From: Lama guanicoe
Taxonomy: Eukaryota
Reading direction: 5' to 3'
NCBI GenBank assembly: GCA_013239625.1
Contig: MU055574.1
Span: forward strand, 7,639,386-7,703,385
Length of the DNA stretch: 64,000 nt
The position numbers and the translations under genes are program-made. The notes under the pieces were generated by a model. The model did not search any database and was not told the DNA's origin. It was given only the letters and a program-made list of their open reading frames with translations. Below, one piece after another: positions 50,804-64,000 of this stretch. Each line of letters starts with the position of its first letter. Position 1 is the first letter of the stretch.

Positions 50804-52409
50804 CTAGCGTAGCACTCCTTCTGAGAACACAACTACAGATCCCAATAGAAACAGCTGTCGTTTACATCTAGTTCTAAACGTACGCTTACAACCGTGATCA
50901 AACTTTGGTCCCTTCCACTAAGCCTGTCCAAGTCCCTCAAGCAGAAATTCATAGCTTCCTCCTCAGAAATCCCTTAACCCCCTCTGCTCAGCATACTTCT
51001 TTTTCCATGGCTGTTTTCATCCTGGCTTGACAGGTGTGTGCACATCCATCTCCCCGACAGCTAGCTCCTCAAGACCAGTGGTGTCGTAGTCATTTGAGCA
51101 CACGCTCACAACCCAGATCAGTAAGGGTTCCATAAATACAAGGTACATTCTTAATTAAAATATTACTAGGTAGAACATATTACTAATGGGAAATCTAGAG
51201 AATAAAAATATAGATATGAAAGGAAAGAGAAATAAGAGTCTAAAGCATAAGGTTTTGTAATCATTACTAAAGGGTAACTGCTTAGATGGAACTTGTTTGT
51301 GCTGCACATTTAGAAGGAAAAAAATCAAGTTCTTTTAGGAGTAGGTCTGAAAATATCCTCAGCTGACATAAATCAGAAGATCACTGGGCAATCTATTGCC
51401 AACTCTGTAACACTGTCATCTACTTGCCTACAGGGACTGCCCTCAACCACTGTGCAAAGGGACAAAGCCAGGGCTGCCGGTGACCCACGGGGGTTGGACA
51501 GCATAGCTTAGAAGAGGCTTTCCAAAAAAGTTTGTATCAATCTAATTCTTACTCGTGCGATAACAACATTCTCAAAACTCAAGCCTTCAAATTCAGATGA
51601 GAACTTCTTTTAAGCTCAGAACTTCTTCTGGACCACTAAAAAAGGTACATTTCCTTCACGTTATCATTTGGATAGTTTCAAATTACCCAACATATGAACA
51701 ATATCCAACTTTTTTTTTTTTAAATCTGTTAGAGGGAAGAAAACCCATGCATCAGGGCATACTGATATGCATCTGTGAAGATGGAAAAAAAAATTTTTTA
51801 AGAGAAAAGTTATCACATTCATACCTCATCACTCAGGGTTTTATTTAGTCAATTTTAATGCAGCCTCCCGTTCTTAACTAAGCTCCTGGACACTTTCCCA
51901 CAAGCTGTGGAAGCTAGAGATACGGAGGGGGCCACCTTAGACCAGAGGAAAGGTAACTTTACAGGAAACGAAACCAGGCAAAGGAGTGAGAGCACAAGTG
52001 ATGACAGTCGGAGAGATTGGAGATAAGGCTGGAGAGGGGCGATGAGGTGGCCTTCAGAGGAAGCGAAACTTCAAACCCGCGTAAGACGCATCATTTTCCA
52101 CAAGAAAGTCACCCACTCTGGCCCCAACCTCACCTTCACCACCCCACCATCCCCCATCTCCTTTACTCATCGTATGGCCTGTCTTCACTGTTAACATTTT
52201 AGATTGTTAAAAAGTGGTCAGCCAAAAGACCCACCTGCCAAAGGCTGGGTTAGTCAAATCACCAGCAGCAAATGCACCTCCGCGCACACACTTTCCGCCA
52301 CAACATCCCCTAAACTTGGTTAGACCAGGGCCCGGAAACATAGGGCCAGGCTCTCAGTATCGGAACAAAGGCGCGGGAAGGCCCTGGGATTTTGCGGTCA
52401 CTGTACAGG

Positions 52410-52880
52410 CGATGGAGCATGGTGGCTGAAGCCCCCGGATTAGGATCGGGCTTCACTGCCTAGCCGTGTAATACCCTGAGCAAGCTACTTACCTTCTCCC
52501 AGCCTCCATTTCCTCATCTGTCAACTACTGGCACCATATGCCCTCAAATTTAAGTTCTCCACCAATTCTAGGACATATGCATTTTTTTATACTTCAACCA
52601 TTTCTGAAACCAGACTGTCATCAAGAGCATCTTTCTTGTGTATAAACTATACTTTGAAAAAATTCGTTTTAAATTTTTTTTTAAAGAGCATGTTTCAATT
52701 AATTGGAGGCTTTATTGTTTTTTCTTAGAGCTACATCCAATGCCATCTTACCAGTGATGGAAATACTATAGAACCTACTTTGTAGGGTTTTGGTAAAGAT
52801 TAAATTTATTAATGTAGTATTAAGTATTTAGAGTAGTGCTTGGCCCTGAGTAAGATATGAAAATTATTATTCGTTACTAT
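52410..52880 (+). mobile_element. MIR split by a MER104-like (TcMar-Tc2) element at about 52555-52768
   Basis: MIR ccctgagcaagctacttaccttctcccagcctccatttcctcatctgt resumes at gaacctactttgtagggtt...aagattaaa; insert aattctaggacatatgcatttttt...catttctgaaacc...gccatcttaccagtgatggaaatac. Confidence 0.6.
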
Positions 52881-53239
52881 TAGTAAATGTATGACTCTGA
52901 AATGGGATGCAGTCACAAGACAGAATCTGCCTATCATTCCCCATAAACTGTGTGTTAGAACAATGGTTAATGTAGAGGTGCTGGGAGGGATGGTGAAATA
53001 CCTAATTAAAATCTGATTTATCCCCAGCCCTTGGCACTGTGCCTGGCACAGAGTAAGTTCTCGGTAAGTAACTGTTGACTAAAGCAACTGAATGTACGAC
53101 CCAGCTTTATTCATGCCAAAGACTCCCTGTAATGGACAAAACATCTAATATCCCCTTTATAGAAAGAACCGTGAGAAAATTGATTTCTGCTATTTCATCA
53201 CAGCAGCCCTGGAAAGCTAGCATCTCTCCTCAGAGACTG

Positions 53240-54400
53240 TGACACCAGACTCCCTTCTTCTCTGGTCAGCCTTTCCTGATCTTCTTGGTGGACTCACTCC
53301 CTCATTTCAGGCCTTTAAAAGCTGCAGTTTCTCAAGATTCAGCCCCAAGACTTCTCTTCTTCTCACACTAAATATCCTCACGTACATCCTCTCATCTACC
53401 ACAGCTCAATTACCATCTATCTGCTGATGGCTCCCAAATCTCCATCTCCAGTCCATCCCCTCCTCTAGATCTGCATGTTCACCCAACTACTTGACATCGC
53501 CATGTGGATAATTCACAGCCACTTCAAACGGGACAAATCCAAAGTCACCACTCCTACAAACCGGGTTCTTCTCATGCCAATAAATGGCAACTCTGCCCAC
53601 GCTGGGGCACAGGCCACACACAGAAATCATTCTGGGCTGTTTCCTATCCATTCCACCGTCAAATGCTATCTGTTTCTCCAAGTGGAAATTTCTCACATCT
53701 CCCCACTTTTCTCCATTCTCCACCTCTACCACTCCATGGTAATGGATTAATCCAGTATAACAATCCACTCCCTAGATTACTGCAATAGCCCCTGGACTAG
53801 TTCTAGACCCACTCCTGGCACCCTCCAATTTGTTCCTCAGCAGACGGAGTAATATTCAAAAAGCAGATCTGACCCTCTCATCTTCATGCTTAAATAACTT
53901 CTATGGCTTTCCATTCCATTCATTTTAGGATAAAGACCAAAATCCTAAGCCAGGACTCTGCCTGGAACAGCCCTGCCAACTCTCCCAGCAGCCCCTCCCT
54001 TGCTCTTGGCGCTCCAGCCACAGCAGTGTGCCCCCCTTTTTTGATGGAAACCACAATCCTGCCAGTCACAGGGCCTGTGTGCAAGCTGCCCCATCCACCT
54101 GCAGAACTCGCCAACTCCCTTCACTTAGTTAATGTCTCCTCATCAGTCACTCTGGGCTCAACATACTCATCCTTCCAGAACTTTGCCAAAAAGATGAAGC
54201 TGCCCTATTCTCTCTCCTCACAACTTAATCACCTCCATCACAGCACTTAAGCATAATTAGACATCTGTATGTTTACTAGATTAATACGGAAGAGTGTCCC
54301 CTACAAGGACTGAAACCATGACTTTCTTGTACCTGCTCTATCTCTAGCTTTAGCACATAACAGACACTCAATAAATACTTGTTAAATAATTTAATGAATG
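53240..54400 (+). mobile_element. L2 LINE, long 3' fragment
   Basis: attaccatctatctgctgatggctcccaaatctccatctccagtcc...ctagattactgcaatagcc...agcacataacagacactcaataaatacttgttaaataa...aatgaatg. Confidence 0.85.
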
Positions 54401-54504
54401 GTAAGCAAACCTAATATATGTGTTGAAAGAAGCTACTACGTAGCTTCTCAGACAATTTTAATTGTCTATCATACTGTAATACAAATTCTTTCTTTACATA
54501 CAGT

Positions 54505-54775
54505 ATTTTTCATTGAAGTATAGTCAATTTACAATGTGTTAATTTCTGGTGTACAGCATAGTGATTCAATTATACATATTTATATATTCTTCTTCATATT
54601 CTTTTCCATTATAGTTTATTACAAGATATTGAATATAGTTATATAGTTCCCTGTGCTATACAGTAGGAACTTGTTGTTTACCTATTTTATACATAGTAGT
54701 CTGTATATGCTAGTCCCAAACTCCTAATTAACCCACCCTCTTCCCCTTTGGTAACTATAAGTTTGGTTTCTCTGC
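54505..54775 (-). mobile_element. 5'-truncated cetartiodactyl L1 3' UTR, followed by (TA)n at about 54801-54830
   Basis: attgaagtatagtcaatttacaatg...tttctggtgtacagcatagtgattca...gttccctgtgctatacagtagg...cccaaactcctaatt. Confidence 0.9.
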
Positions 54776-57700
54776 ATCTATCTCTCTATCTACCTGTCTG
54801 TATATATATATATATATATACATATATATTATTCTAATGTGGTATTGTTAATACTTATGCAATCATAAACAATTATTAATTTATGTCACTGAAAATTTCA
54901 AATCTAATTAGCTGATAACTTCTTTCCTACTCTTATTCTAATAGTACACATATGAGTAAGTGACAGTTAAGTAACAGTTTCCTAAGTGATATACTGTTGA
55001 GTTTATCACTAATTCTTCCTTCTCCAAGATTATCAATCTACTTGATATGAAAATGAAATATGCTAATAACAGGAAAATAAAGTACTGATGTTATATCACC
55101 AAAATTAAAGAGTCACTTATTCACACAGCTCTATTAAAAAACTTTCCTCAAAATTTTCTGAGTGCATATCTTGGTATGGGGCTGTGAAGGGTGCAGCACC
55201 AGCCAGCAAAAACCACATGCATGACTTCCACATGAAACTCACACACAGCAGATGGCAACAATATGAGAGCATGTGGACTCCAAATTGAAAAATTTTATTC
55301 TCCTTTACAGTGATGATAAAAGAGAATGTAACACATCTTTTCTAAATAATGAGGAAGTGTTAATATTTCAGATTTTATGTTATTTAATGAGGAGTATATA
55401 TAACTTCTAGTGATATATGTACCCAACAGCAGCCACAAACCTTGGACATGATTGTACAAAGGACGAACAACGCTAAGCAATATCCCCCAGATAATCAGAC
55501 AAACAGCACATCAGATGAACAAATTCTGTTTCTCAAATAGCTTCACACACGTTCTGAAAACCATGCTGCTTTTCCATAATTTTTGCAACAATGTTAGTGC
55601 TGAAATGGAACTATCATGATAGTCTCTCTACACCCCTTCTCAATACTGTCTCCTTTCAACCCCCTCTGCTTTATCTTTCTATTTATTTTTTTCTATTAAG
55701 CAAATCAGAGTTAAAACTAGAACAGAACCCAGACTTTTCATGGATGCAAAGGTTGCTTCCTATTAGCAACAACCTCCTGGGCCCTTATACCCTTTTGGGT
55801 CCTCTTATCTTTGGATTCAGTTTTGAACTTAGATGCTACTAAAAAAACTACTAAAACAACAACGACAACAAAACCCTGCTAAAGCATTAACAGACTAGAC
55901 GCTTCCTAACTATAGCATCTGGACATTCTGCAGTGGCTTTTGACGCTGCAGGCCTGTGGCTGCTACAGAACTGTCACCCCAAGATTCATGCCCATGAGGT
56001 CATGCCCAGCTGACCTCTTTGGAACGTGATACCATGAAGCACAGCTGTAAAAATAGAGCACTCTATAAGGACTTCTTATTCACCAATAAACACAATGTCC
56101 TTTCAATTTTAGAGAACTAACAAGTTCATATATTATAAATACAACGTGAAATAAATGAATGAAAGAGCTTTAACTTATATAAATGTTTTTTCCCATGACC
56201 AGGCAACATAAAAACAAACTCTGACACATACAAGTTCCAATCATTTAGAAAATGATGATGGCATAAAAGCAATTTAACTGAGAGAGCCCGGAGTCTCAGA
56301 TTAAATCACTCCCATGAAGATTTTTTTAAAATATAAATATCTGTAGTTAACAAATTCATGTTTCTTTGTAGTATATAACTCCCTACATGTTAATTTACTT
56401 TTAAGTCATCCAATTTAGATTGTTTTATTTCTAAAACATATCCTTCTGCTTTGATTTAAATGTCTTTGTTAACTCCAAGTCACCCATCTATCCCACAATT
56501 CTACCCAGTTTAAGGACATTTTTACTCATTCACACTGGATTTCTTAATTCCAGGATATTTGCCGTTTGTTTTTACTTTAGGTCTTTAAAAACACAAGCAA
56601 AAAGAACTCTCAAAAATTAAAAGGCCTTTTGAAGTAAGTCACCTCAACTCTCTTTGTTTATGAGACAAGATCTAAATAAGATAAATAAAAGGAAAATTAG
56701 AAAATAATGCTGTGATATGCTCATGTGTGAAATATATAAAAATCCTCCTCCTGATCAGTGGTTTGATTCACTGGTTTCAGAGCTTTACGTTTAAATTTTT
56801 GATTCATAATTGTGGTTTAATAATTAAAAAGTGAAACTTATTAGATTCTCACTGGTGAGGTCAGGGATGTGCTTTACCAGTGGCTGCTCAAATCGGGAAC
56901 TGTCTACAAATATCTTCCAGGCAAATCTAGGTCCACAGTAATCTTCTCACAGACAGGCCTTTTTCTCAAATCACATTGCTTTTAATGAAACACATGTCAT
57001 AATGCAGTTTAAAGGATGGATAAGTTTATCATTATTCTATTCAAAGACCCACTTTTATAAATTTCCCCTATTTGCCGCCTACAAATAAACTCCATGTTCA
57101 AAGCTATTAAGCTCTAGGAAATAAAACGCAATATCTTCATCATCTATGGAAGAATAGTAGAGATGCATTTTTAAATATTGATAATTATCTTTAGTTCTTA
57201 AAAAGTCACTCTCACTCTGTTCCTTTCACATTTAATGTGACCATTCTCAGGTAATACTAATAACTTACAAATAAATATACGCCAACCCCACTCCACATTG
57301 GTCAGTAATGTTAAAGCACAAAGAATCTTGGTCCTCAGTGGAGGCAGAAATATCTCAAAGAATTAACCTATTCACAAATGTAATCACAGGAGTTAAAAAA
57401 CACACTACATATTCTCTATTTTGGGTAAAAATGGAAAGCTGTCAAGTACATTTTTATGCCCTTAAATATAAGTAAGCTTTTAAAAAATATTTCTGCAGTA
57501 GAAAAGTTACTATCATCATATAAAATTAATCTGTTCATTGTAAAGACACAATAGTTCAATTTTCTATAAACCTTGCAAGCGTTTCCTTTCACATTCATTT
57601 CATCTCCAAAGATAAAAATTATAGACCCATTTTGCATAACTGCTACGTCAGGTCACAGAGTTACAGCTAAAAAGAAAGTCACAAACATAAGAATAATGTC

Positions 57701-58209
57701 CCTTCTGTCATATTCTGCTACTTATTTGTCACTTAGTTATCTTGATTATCTCCAGAGTCCTGGCTTCCAAAAGTCAGGGCACTCAGAGCTGGCCCCAGTC
57801 CAGCAGCTCCCAGCTCTACTATCTTCCAGGGAGTCCCAGCGGGGTTCCGTTCTCACACCACCCAGATAACATGCCCATGTCCTGGATTGCGGCTGGTAAC
57901 ACACTGAGACCCCGAAGACCCACACTGGAAGGAGAGCTCATCTGGCTATTCCCCAACTAAGAAGAAACAAATTCCCAAATACAACTTAAACTTCAAGACT
58001 TCAAGAGCTGGGTTGTTGTTTGAAATAATAAAATTTTTTAAATTCCCTTAGAAAAAGAAAAGTAACCTACCACCACAAGGGGGAAATTTTTTTAAATCGG
58101 GTTTACCAACCTGCATAAAAGTAATTATCAGTCCACCCCTTTTCAGTCATTCATTCATTCACTCGTTCACCCATGTATCTAACAAATGTATAATGAGCTA
58201 CCGGCAGTA

Positions 58210-58445
58210 AGGAAGCAGGAGGTACAGTCATGATAAAGAGGAGTCTGGGGTTTGAACGCGGACTGCCTTTTAAACTCAAGCTCCTAAACCTTGGACAAGG
58301 TACTTAATCTGTCCTTCCTTTTATTTCACCTGTAATATAAGGAGATGAAAAGCCTTGACTCGTAAGAGGATAAAGAGGTAAAGATATGGATTAAATGATT
58401 AATACACATAAAGTGCCCAGAAAAGTGCCTGGCATTCAATATTTT
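58210..58445 (+). mobile_element. MIR SINE
   Basis: ccttggacaaggtacttaatctg...cacctgtaatataagg...gattaaatgattaatacacataaagtgcccagaaaagtgcctggca. Confidence 0.75.
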
Positions 58446-59339
58446 TTTTTCTTTTTAGTTATCACTATAAACTAAAAACTTGATCAGACTCTAAAGTACA
58501 CTGGTAAGTAAGCTCCACTGCCCTCTCCCTACTGAAGGTGACAGTGGGGTGGGGCCATGAACTAATTTCAGACTTGTGGTTTACCCTAATCTGAAAGCAC
58601 TAGAGAAAAAAAAGGATTGTAAAACTTTTTTTGGTAATTCAGGGATTTAATCCTCTTTTTGTCAGAAACGTCTGTATCTAACCTAAATGTCTCCCCTACA
58701 TTTATCAACATTTGGAGCTTAAATAGTCATTCACACTAAATAGCAAATGATAGCTAAAAATTAATGCTAATCATCTCCTAATTATTAAATCACTTTTTCA
58801 GTTTTTATCTTACTTTAACTGTCCACAGCATTTGGTATTGACTCTCTCTCCCTCTTTGGGGCAACACTTCTCCTGGCTTCCATGATATGACCTTCCTGGT
58901 TGCCCCCCACCTCTCTGTTCCACATCTTCAAGGCTAGGCCTCAGCTTACATCTCTATTTTTCATGATCTCCCACTTGTCCTTTAAGCTTCAACCATAGTA
59001 AATTATTTATGATGTCCCAAACTCCCCCATGCATTCTCAAACTCTCGCCACACTGTTCTAGAGACCGACTGACCCTTGGAAGAGCAGCTGAGGGAACAGT
59101 CCACTTCGCCCCTCCTCCAAGGATGGCTTAGGGCTTCTTCGAGCGCTCCTTATCATCCTCTCCTTCCTTCTGTTTTTGCACTTAAGCCACAATATCCTAA
59201 TCCTTGGACTGCAAGTCAGTTCCCTCCTGGACCATGATGTCTTTGAGAGTGGCGACGGAAACTTTTAATTATTTGATAATATGTAAGTAACTTCAATAAA
59301 TAAATAAATAAATAGACTTTTTAAAATTTCCTCCTTACC

Positions 59340-59580
59340 TAGTATGTATTGAGTGCTTACCATCAACCAAGTACTTTACATATATTAATTCATTTAAACC
59401 TCATAACAGTCTTTGAGATCCATTTTAGGAATTCCCCTATTGTACAGATGAGGAAAACTGAGGCTAAGAGAAATATAACTTTCCCAAAGTCATACAACTA
59501 GAAAGTGGCTAAGGCAACGTTCACACCCAGGAAGCCCAGCTCTGAAACCCATTCTCCTGGCCATGCTCTATACTGCCTCT
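59340..59580 (-). mobile_element. MIR SINE
   Basis: tattgagtgcttacc...attcatttaaacctcataac...tacagatgaggaaaactgaggctaagag...ttcacacccagg. Confidence 0.85.
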
Positions 59581-60244
59581 TTTCCAGCCATAAATCTGAT
59601 TAAGCAACAGAACTGGCTCTCAACAAGAATGATGGAGAGCCTTAATATAAACTTTTATAAAGACCAACTTGCCCTCCCCTATTATTTTACATACTCATTC
59701 GTATTCTCCAGAAAACAAAGAAACAAGTTTTAATATAAGCTCTGCCCAGTATCTAACACACTGAGTATTACCAGTAAATCAGTAATTATGAATAACTACA
59801 TCATCAATAATAGGAAGAAATATTTAACAGTTAAATATTTAAAAGTTAATAGTTAAATAAACCCAAACTGAAATATAGCTGAGAATACAAAGAAAAGAAT
59901 AAAATAGAGAGGTAATGCTAATGATTCCATTTCCCATTATGTTAGGTTCAATCTTCCACATTCTATCAGTTATTTTTACTTAGCCCAACCCAACCGAGAG
60001 GTTATATTGAACACTTTCAGAAGATCTTTTTTAAAGTCCATTGATATTCACTCCCAAATAATATTCTAGTTGAGATGCTTTATTGGATGGAACCCAGTCT
60101 ATTTTTCATTTCAATGAACCTCAGAGAGACTGAGAAACCAAAGCTCACAATCCAGCCAATGTTTTCAGGAATAAAATCTAAGTTTCTAAATCCTGTAGTC
60201 AAGTCACTCATCTTGTCACAAAAATTTACTGAGCACCAAGATCA

Positions 60245-60390
60245 AATACATAATTCACAGGGCCCAGAGCAAAACAAAAATACAAGTCCCCGTGTTCAAA
60301 ATTTAAGAATTTCAGGACAGCAGAGAATTAAACCAAGCTCAGGGGCCAGTGGGACTGCACAGGTCACATGCCTGCCCACAAGGTAGCCCC
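60245..60390 (-). mobile_element. MER45A-type (hAT-Tip100) DNA transposon
   Basis: acataattcacagggcccagagcaaaac...tgttcaaaatttaagaatttcagg...attaaaccaagc...gactgcacaggtcacatgcc. Confidence 0.8.
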
Positions 60391-63149
60391 CTTGAGCCCT
60401 CAGATTCTATGCTGGGCACCCTCCTAGGGACTAAAAGTAGAGCCATGGCCTTTCAATCCACAATCCTGATTTCCAGAAAGGTTCAAACACAGCATCAAAG
60501 ATCCTATTAGACAATGAATGGTCAAACAGAAATGATGTTTAAGAGCTCAAAGAATCTTTGGATCTCAAACTGGTATGTAGAGCCTTAAGGTTAAGTGCTA
60601 GTAAAAATGTTCCAAATTCAAGTGGACTGATCTTTTGCTTCACTAAATGTCTTCTTTTGTAAATCAGTAAGTCAGTATGTTTTTTTTAAATAACTCTCCT
60701 TAGATGAAAAAGGAGAGTTGCAAATGATCAGAATAGAAAATAAAGCACCCAGAATGACAATATTGCTAAATATCATGCTTCTTTCAATATTTTTCAGCTT
60801 CCTAAATGCCTATTGTGCATCTACTATATGTTTACATTTCACCAAAAAAATCAATATTGGCTCATATTCGCTGAATTCAAACCACTGTACTAAAAGAGGA
60901 TTCTGAAATTATGGCCCAAGAACATGAAACAGCGTCTGAAACACAAGAGATAGTGGTAGCACCTTAATCTCGTCACTCAGCACCTGTGCAGTGAGCCTCT
61001 GCTCTGGGCGGGGCACTCTGCTAGGTCTTGCGGAATCAGTGAGAGCAAAACCAACTCTGCCCCAGCTTGTGAAACTCACTGGGAAAGACAGACAGCAGAA
61101 AACCAACTATTTTTAAAATACTTTTTAACATATTTCAAATTATGATTCCAACATATAATGGATTGCATTTACTCTAGGATTTTCCTCCAAGAAGCGCAAA
61201 CTTCTCAGCTGAGATGTAAAAGATTTATTCATCTCCCCACCCTCCTCAGAATTACAGTTTTGGTCACCAAACAGGCATAAAATTCTTCTGCTACTTAAGA
61301 AGTAGAATATATCCCCAAAAGTAGATATATTTGTAACTCAGGTATGAATCAAATTACATATGTTTGGACCACAATTATAGGTGAGGTGTTCGGTTTGGGT
61401 TACTGTTATGAAAACTCAGAATCTATGTACAGTCCATAAGAATTCTTCACACAGTGGTTTTTATAAAACCACACTAATCTCCCGGCTGTTATGCAATTTA
61501 ATTAATGTGTCTAAGGATCCTACTTAGCGCCTCCAATGAGATGCTGCATAAAAACTGCAGATTATTGCTAATACAGATCTGGAGTAATTGATCCTTATAT
61601 TTATACTGCTAAATAGATACTTTCATAATACCAGTGCTATAAATGGCCAAGCTGGTTTTAAAAGCAGTTAAATCTTACTATAGAGTAAATAAACACAGTG
61701 CAGGGGGCCCAACTACAATGTGGCCACAGAGGGCTGAAACTACTTTCTGCTTTAACAGTTCTCCTCATTATATCGGATATACCTTCAGTATAATTTTACT
61801 GTTGGGAGAAAGATGGGAAAAGGGAATCATTAGGGAAAAAATCTTGTATTAATATAGTGCTTTCCAGTTTTACAACACATTTTCACTTACGCCATCTTAT
61901 TTGCCCCTTGAATCCGTTTATCTATTGACAGCGAATGGTAACGGAGTCTGCTCTCCCCCTATAGTCCGGAGAAGGAGTCACAACTTCCCTTCTGCTCTTA
62001 ACTTCTAACTTTATTTCCTGTAGTGGTCCATTGAGGATATCTGTACAAATATTTCTGTGCATCTCACAACCAAGAGTGCTACAATAACAACTTGAATGGG
62101 GCTCTCATGGTAAAAAGAGGGGATCTTCAGATTACATTCTGTCAAAGGAAAAAGCCATCTAAAAAAGATACGATGTTTCAATCTCCAGCTCTTATTCCAA
62201 AACGTACTCAAGCGCTCTTTCATTTCCTTATTGCATGAATCAGCTGAAAGCATCCCAAGGAAAATGACATTGTACTACACACACATCTAATGATCCTGTG
62301 GGGACCTTTTTTTAAAGGAAAATATTTAGGCACCAATTATAAAACAGAGGCCAGCCATTAGCTTTGTGACTCAGTTTAACTTAAACAGACAAACAGTGTG
62401 TGTCCCAATTTAGAGTGATTTTTCTGGGTTTACTATGAACTCCTAAATCATAGTCTCATCTATTCAATCCTTTCTCTGTCAAGGCTTTGCTAGGAGAAAC
62501 CTTAGCAGACCTCCAAGTGAACTCTGGCATTTTGGCTGTGAGGCCAAAAGAACAATCTGCCATGACAAAGCCTATTCACGAGTCCACTGGGGAAGTAACC
62601 ACAATGCCGAGTGCCCAGATGATACCAGTCCTCTTCATCATGGTGCAAGTACATCAAACCCACAAGAGCCATGCTACTAAATTATAGATTAACACTAAAC
62701 ATTCTAAAATGTAACATGAAAAATCATTAATGCAAAGTAAAACACCTTTTATTTAAAAGACTGGATGTACTAGCTTGGCTTTAATTTTCTAAGCCTCTCT
62801 ATAGCAAAGAAAAAAAGTATAAAAATACTAAAAATCCATCTATCATCTGAGCATAGTAAATCTAGAGTCACATTGCTGTTCTCAAATTCATAAGAAATCA
62901 TAAGCTTTTTTTTTTCAAACAGGATTCACTACTTAAATGATAGCGATTAAAATCGTGAATACTGAGAGTTTTCTTGTTATGATTCCGTCTCGAAGTGTAT
63001 AAGGGCACAGTGTTTGTGCTCTGCACTGAACATTCATATCTTTGCTTCCACAACAAAGTAAAAAGGTGACAGTTAGAAGAAGGGTGAAACGAGAGGTTTC
63101 CTGTCAGGGCTTCGTGAAAAGAAAGATGGTGCGGTCTATCAAGGCGATG

Positions 63150-63720
63150 AAAAAGCCTGCTCAGGCCGGTGCGGCCAGCATTATTCAGCACTCTTCGCCC
63201 CCGGTGCGTCTGGTCCACCTGACCTGATGCTGTCTACCGTGCAAATGATGTGGTCTCCCCCAGGCCAGTGATGCTCCCACCTCCCTCCCGGCCTTTTCGG
63301 CACAGCCAGGCCCTCTGGCAGGCTCGGCAAAGGGAGCCTTGGCAAAGGCAGGGCCTTCTCCCCGGTGCCCCTGCCCCCGGGAGGGCCGGCAGTGCCAAGG
63401 CCCCGAAACTAGGTCTGGGCCGGAGGGGCGGGAGCAGCGAGCCCCACTTTCTCCGGGCAGGAAGCGGGGAGGCCGAGAGCATTTCCTGTTATGCAGCTGA
63501 AACCGGCGGAGACGTCACTGCATTCACTCCCTCGGGTATCAGCGCCCGGGGGCCCCAAGTGCAGCCCGGTCCTGGGCGGGCCGTGCGGCCGGGGCTCCCT
63601 GGGGCCGGGAGGACTCCGGTTGCGGGGGCAGCGCGGGCGGCTGCGGCGGGGTCCGCCCGGCCCGGCCGCCCAAGCTCCCCGCGGCTGCCGGGCTCCCGCG
63701 GGCTGGTACCTGGCGCAAGC
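63150..63720. promoter_or_regulatory. CpG island
   Basis: Sharp rise in GC and CpG; GC box GGGGCGGG at 63425-63432, ETS CAGGAAG at 63458-63464, CRE-like GACGTCA at 63511-63517. Confidence 0.85.
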
Positions 63721-63872
63721 TTCTTAGTTTGATTTTTAACGTAATTTCCCCAAAGATGACCCTTTTTCTCCACTGGGATTATTGCTAAATATTATCAAAA
63801 GTGAACATCATTTCAGTGCTATTGCAGTTTTCTGCTCGTTTTCCATCTCCTGATTGTGGATTCCTTAAGTAA
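63710..63872 (-). other. Candidate internal non-coding (5' UTR-like) exon of the host gene
   Basis: On minus: acceptor ttctttttttctcttgtatctgaCAG| (AG at 63874-63873) and donor gcgcCAG|GTACCA (GT at 63709-63708); 163 nt; contains short uORFs. Confidence 0.55.
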
Positions 63873-64000
63873 CTGTCAGATACAAGAGAAAAAAAGAACA
63901 CTTCTCTATTGCATAGCTCTGGTGAGGTCAAAGACGACACCCCTCAGACCTTTCGACCAAAAGCATATTTCTATAGGTCTTCATTATTAAAACACCCACT

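Noticed and set aside
63234-63773. Overlapping ORFs of 78-160 aa in the CpG island
   Set aside because: They are Pro/Gly/Arg/Ala-rich frames expected from stop-codon scarcity in GC-rich DNA, with no recognisable domain.
63150-63872. Assigning a host gene symbol
   Set aside because: No coding sequence is visible and I do not recognise the non-coding exon with confidence; a BLAST search is needed.

Overview
This is mammalian non-coding DNA, almost certainly from a camelid: it carries a Vic-1-type tRNA-derived SINE and cetartiodactyl/camelid-type L1 3' ends. I see no credible protein-coding exon; the ORF track reflects repeats, low complexity, GC-rich CpG-island frames or frames running through N blocks. 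The window reads best as the interior of one long intron of a gene transcribed on the minus strand. Support for this is a well-formed non-coding exon at 63710-63872 (-) next to a CpG island, plus L1 insertions that lie mostly on +, antisense to that direction. The intron holds ancient MIR, L2, L1M and DNA-transposon relics, and several young 5'-truncated L1s with readable target-site duplications (TSDs). Three short N blocks (148, 156 and 204 nt) sit in unique, motif-dense sequence rather than in repeats. Two are framed by transcript signals: a candidate internal promoter/first exon near 25.7-26.1 kb, and a candidate terminal exon with AATAAA near 19.33-19.66 kb. Together these suggest a nested short transcript, possibly carrying a small ORF, whose core is hidden. 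I could not identify the host gene. Repeat family names come from recalled consensus sequences, and boundaries of old repeats are approximate.
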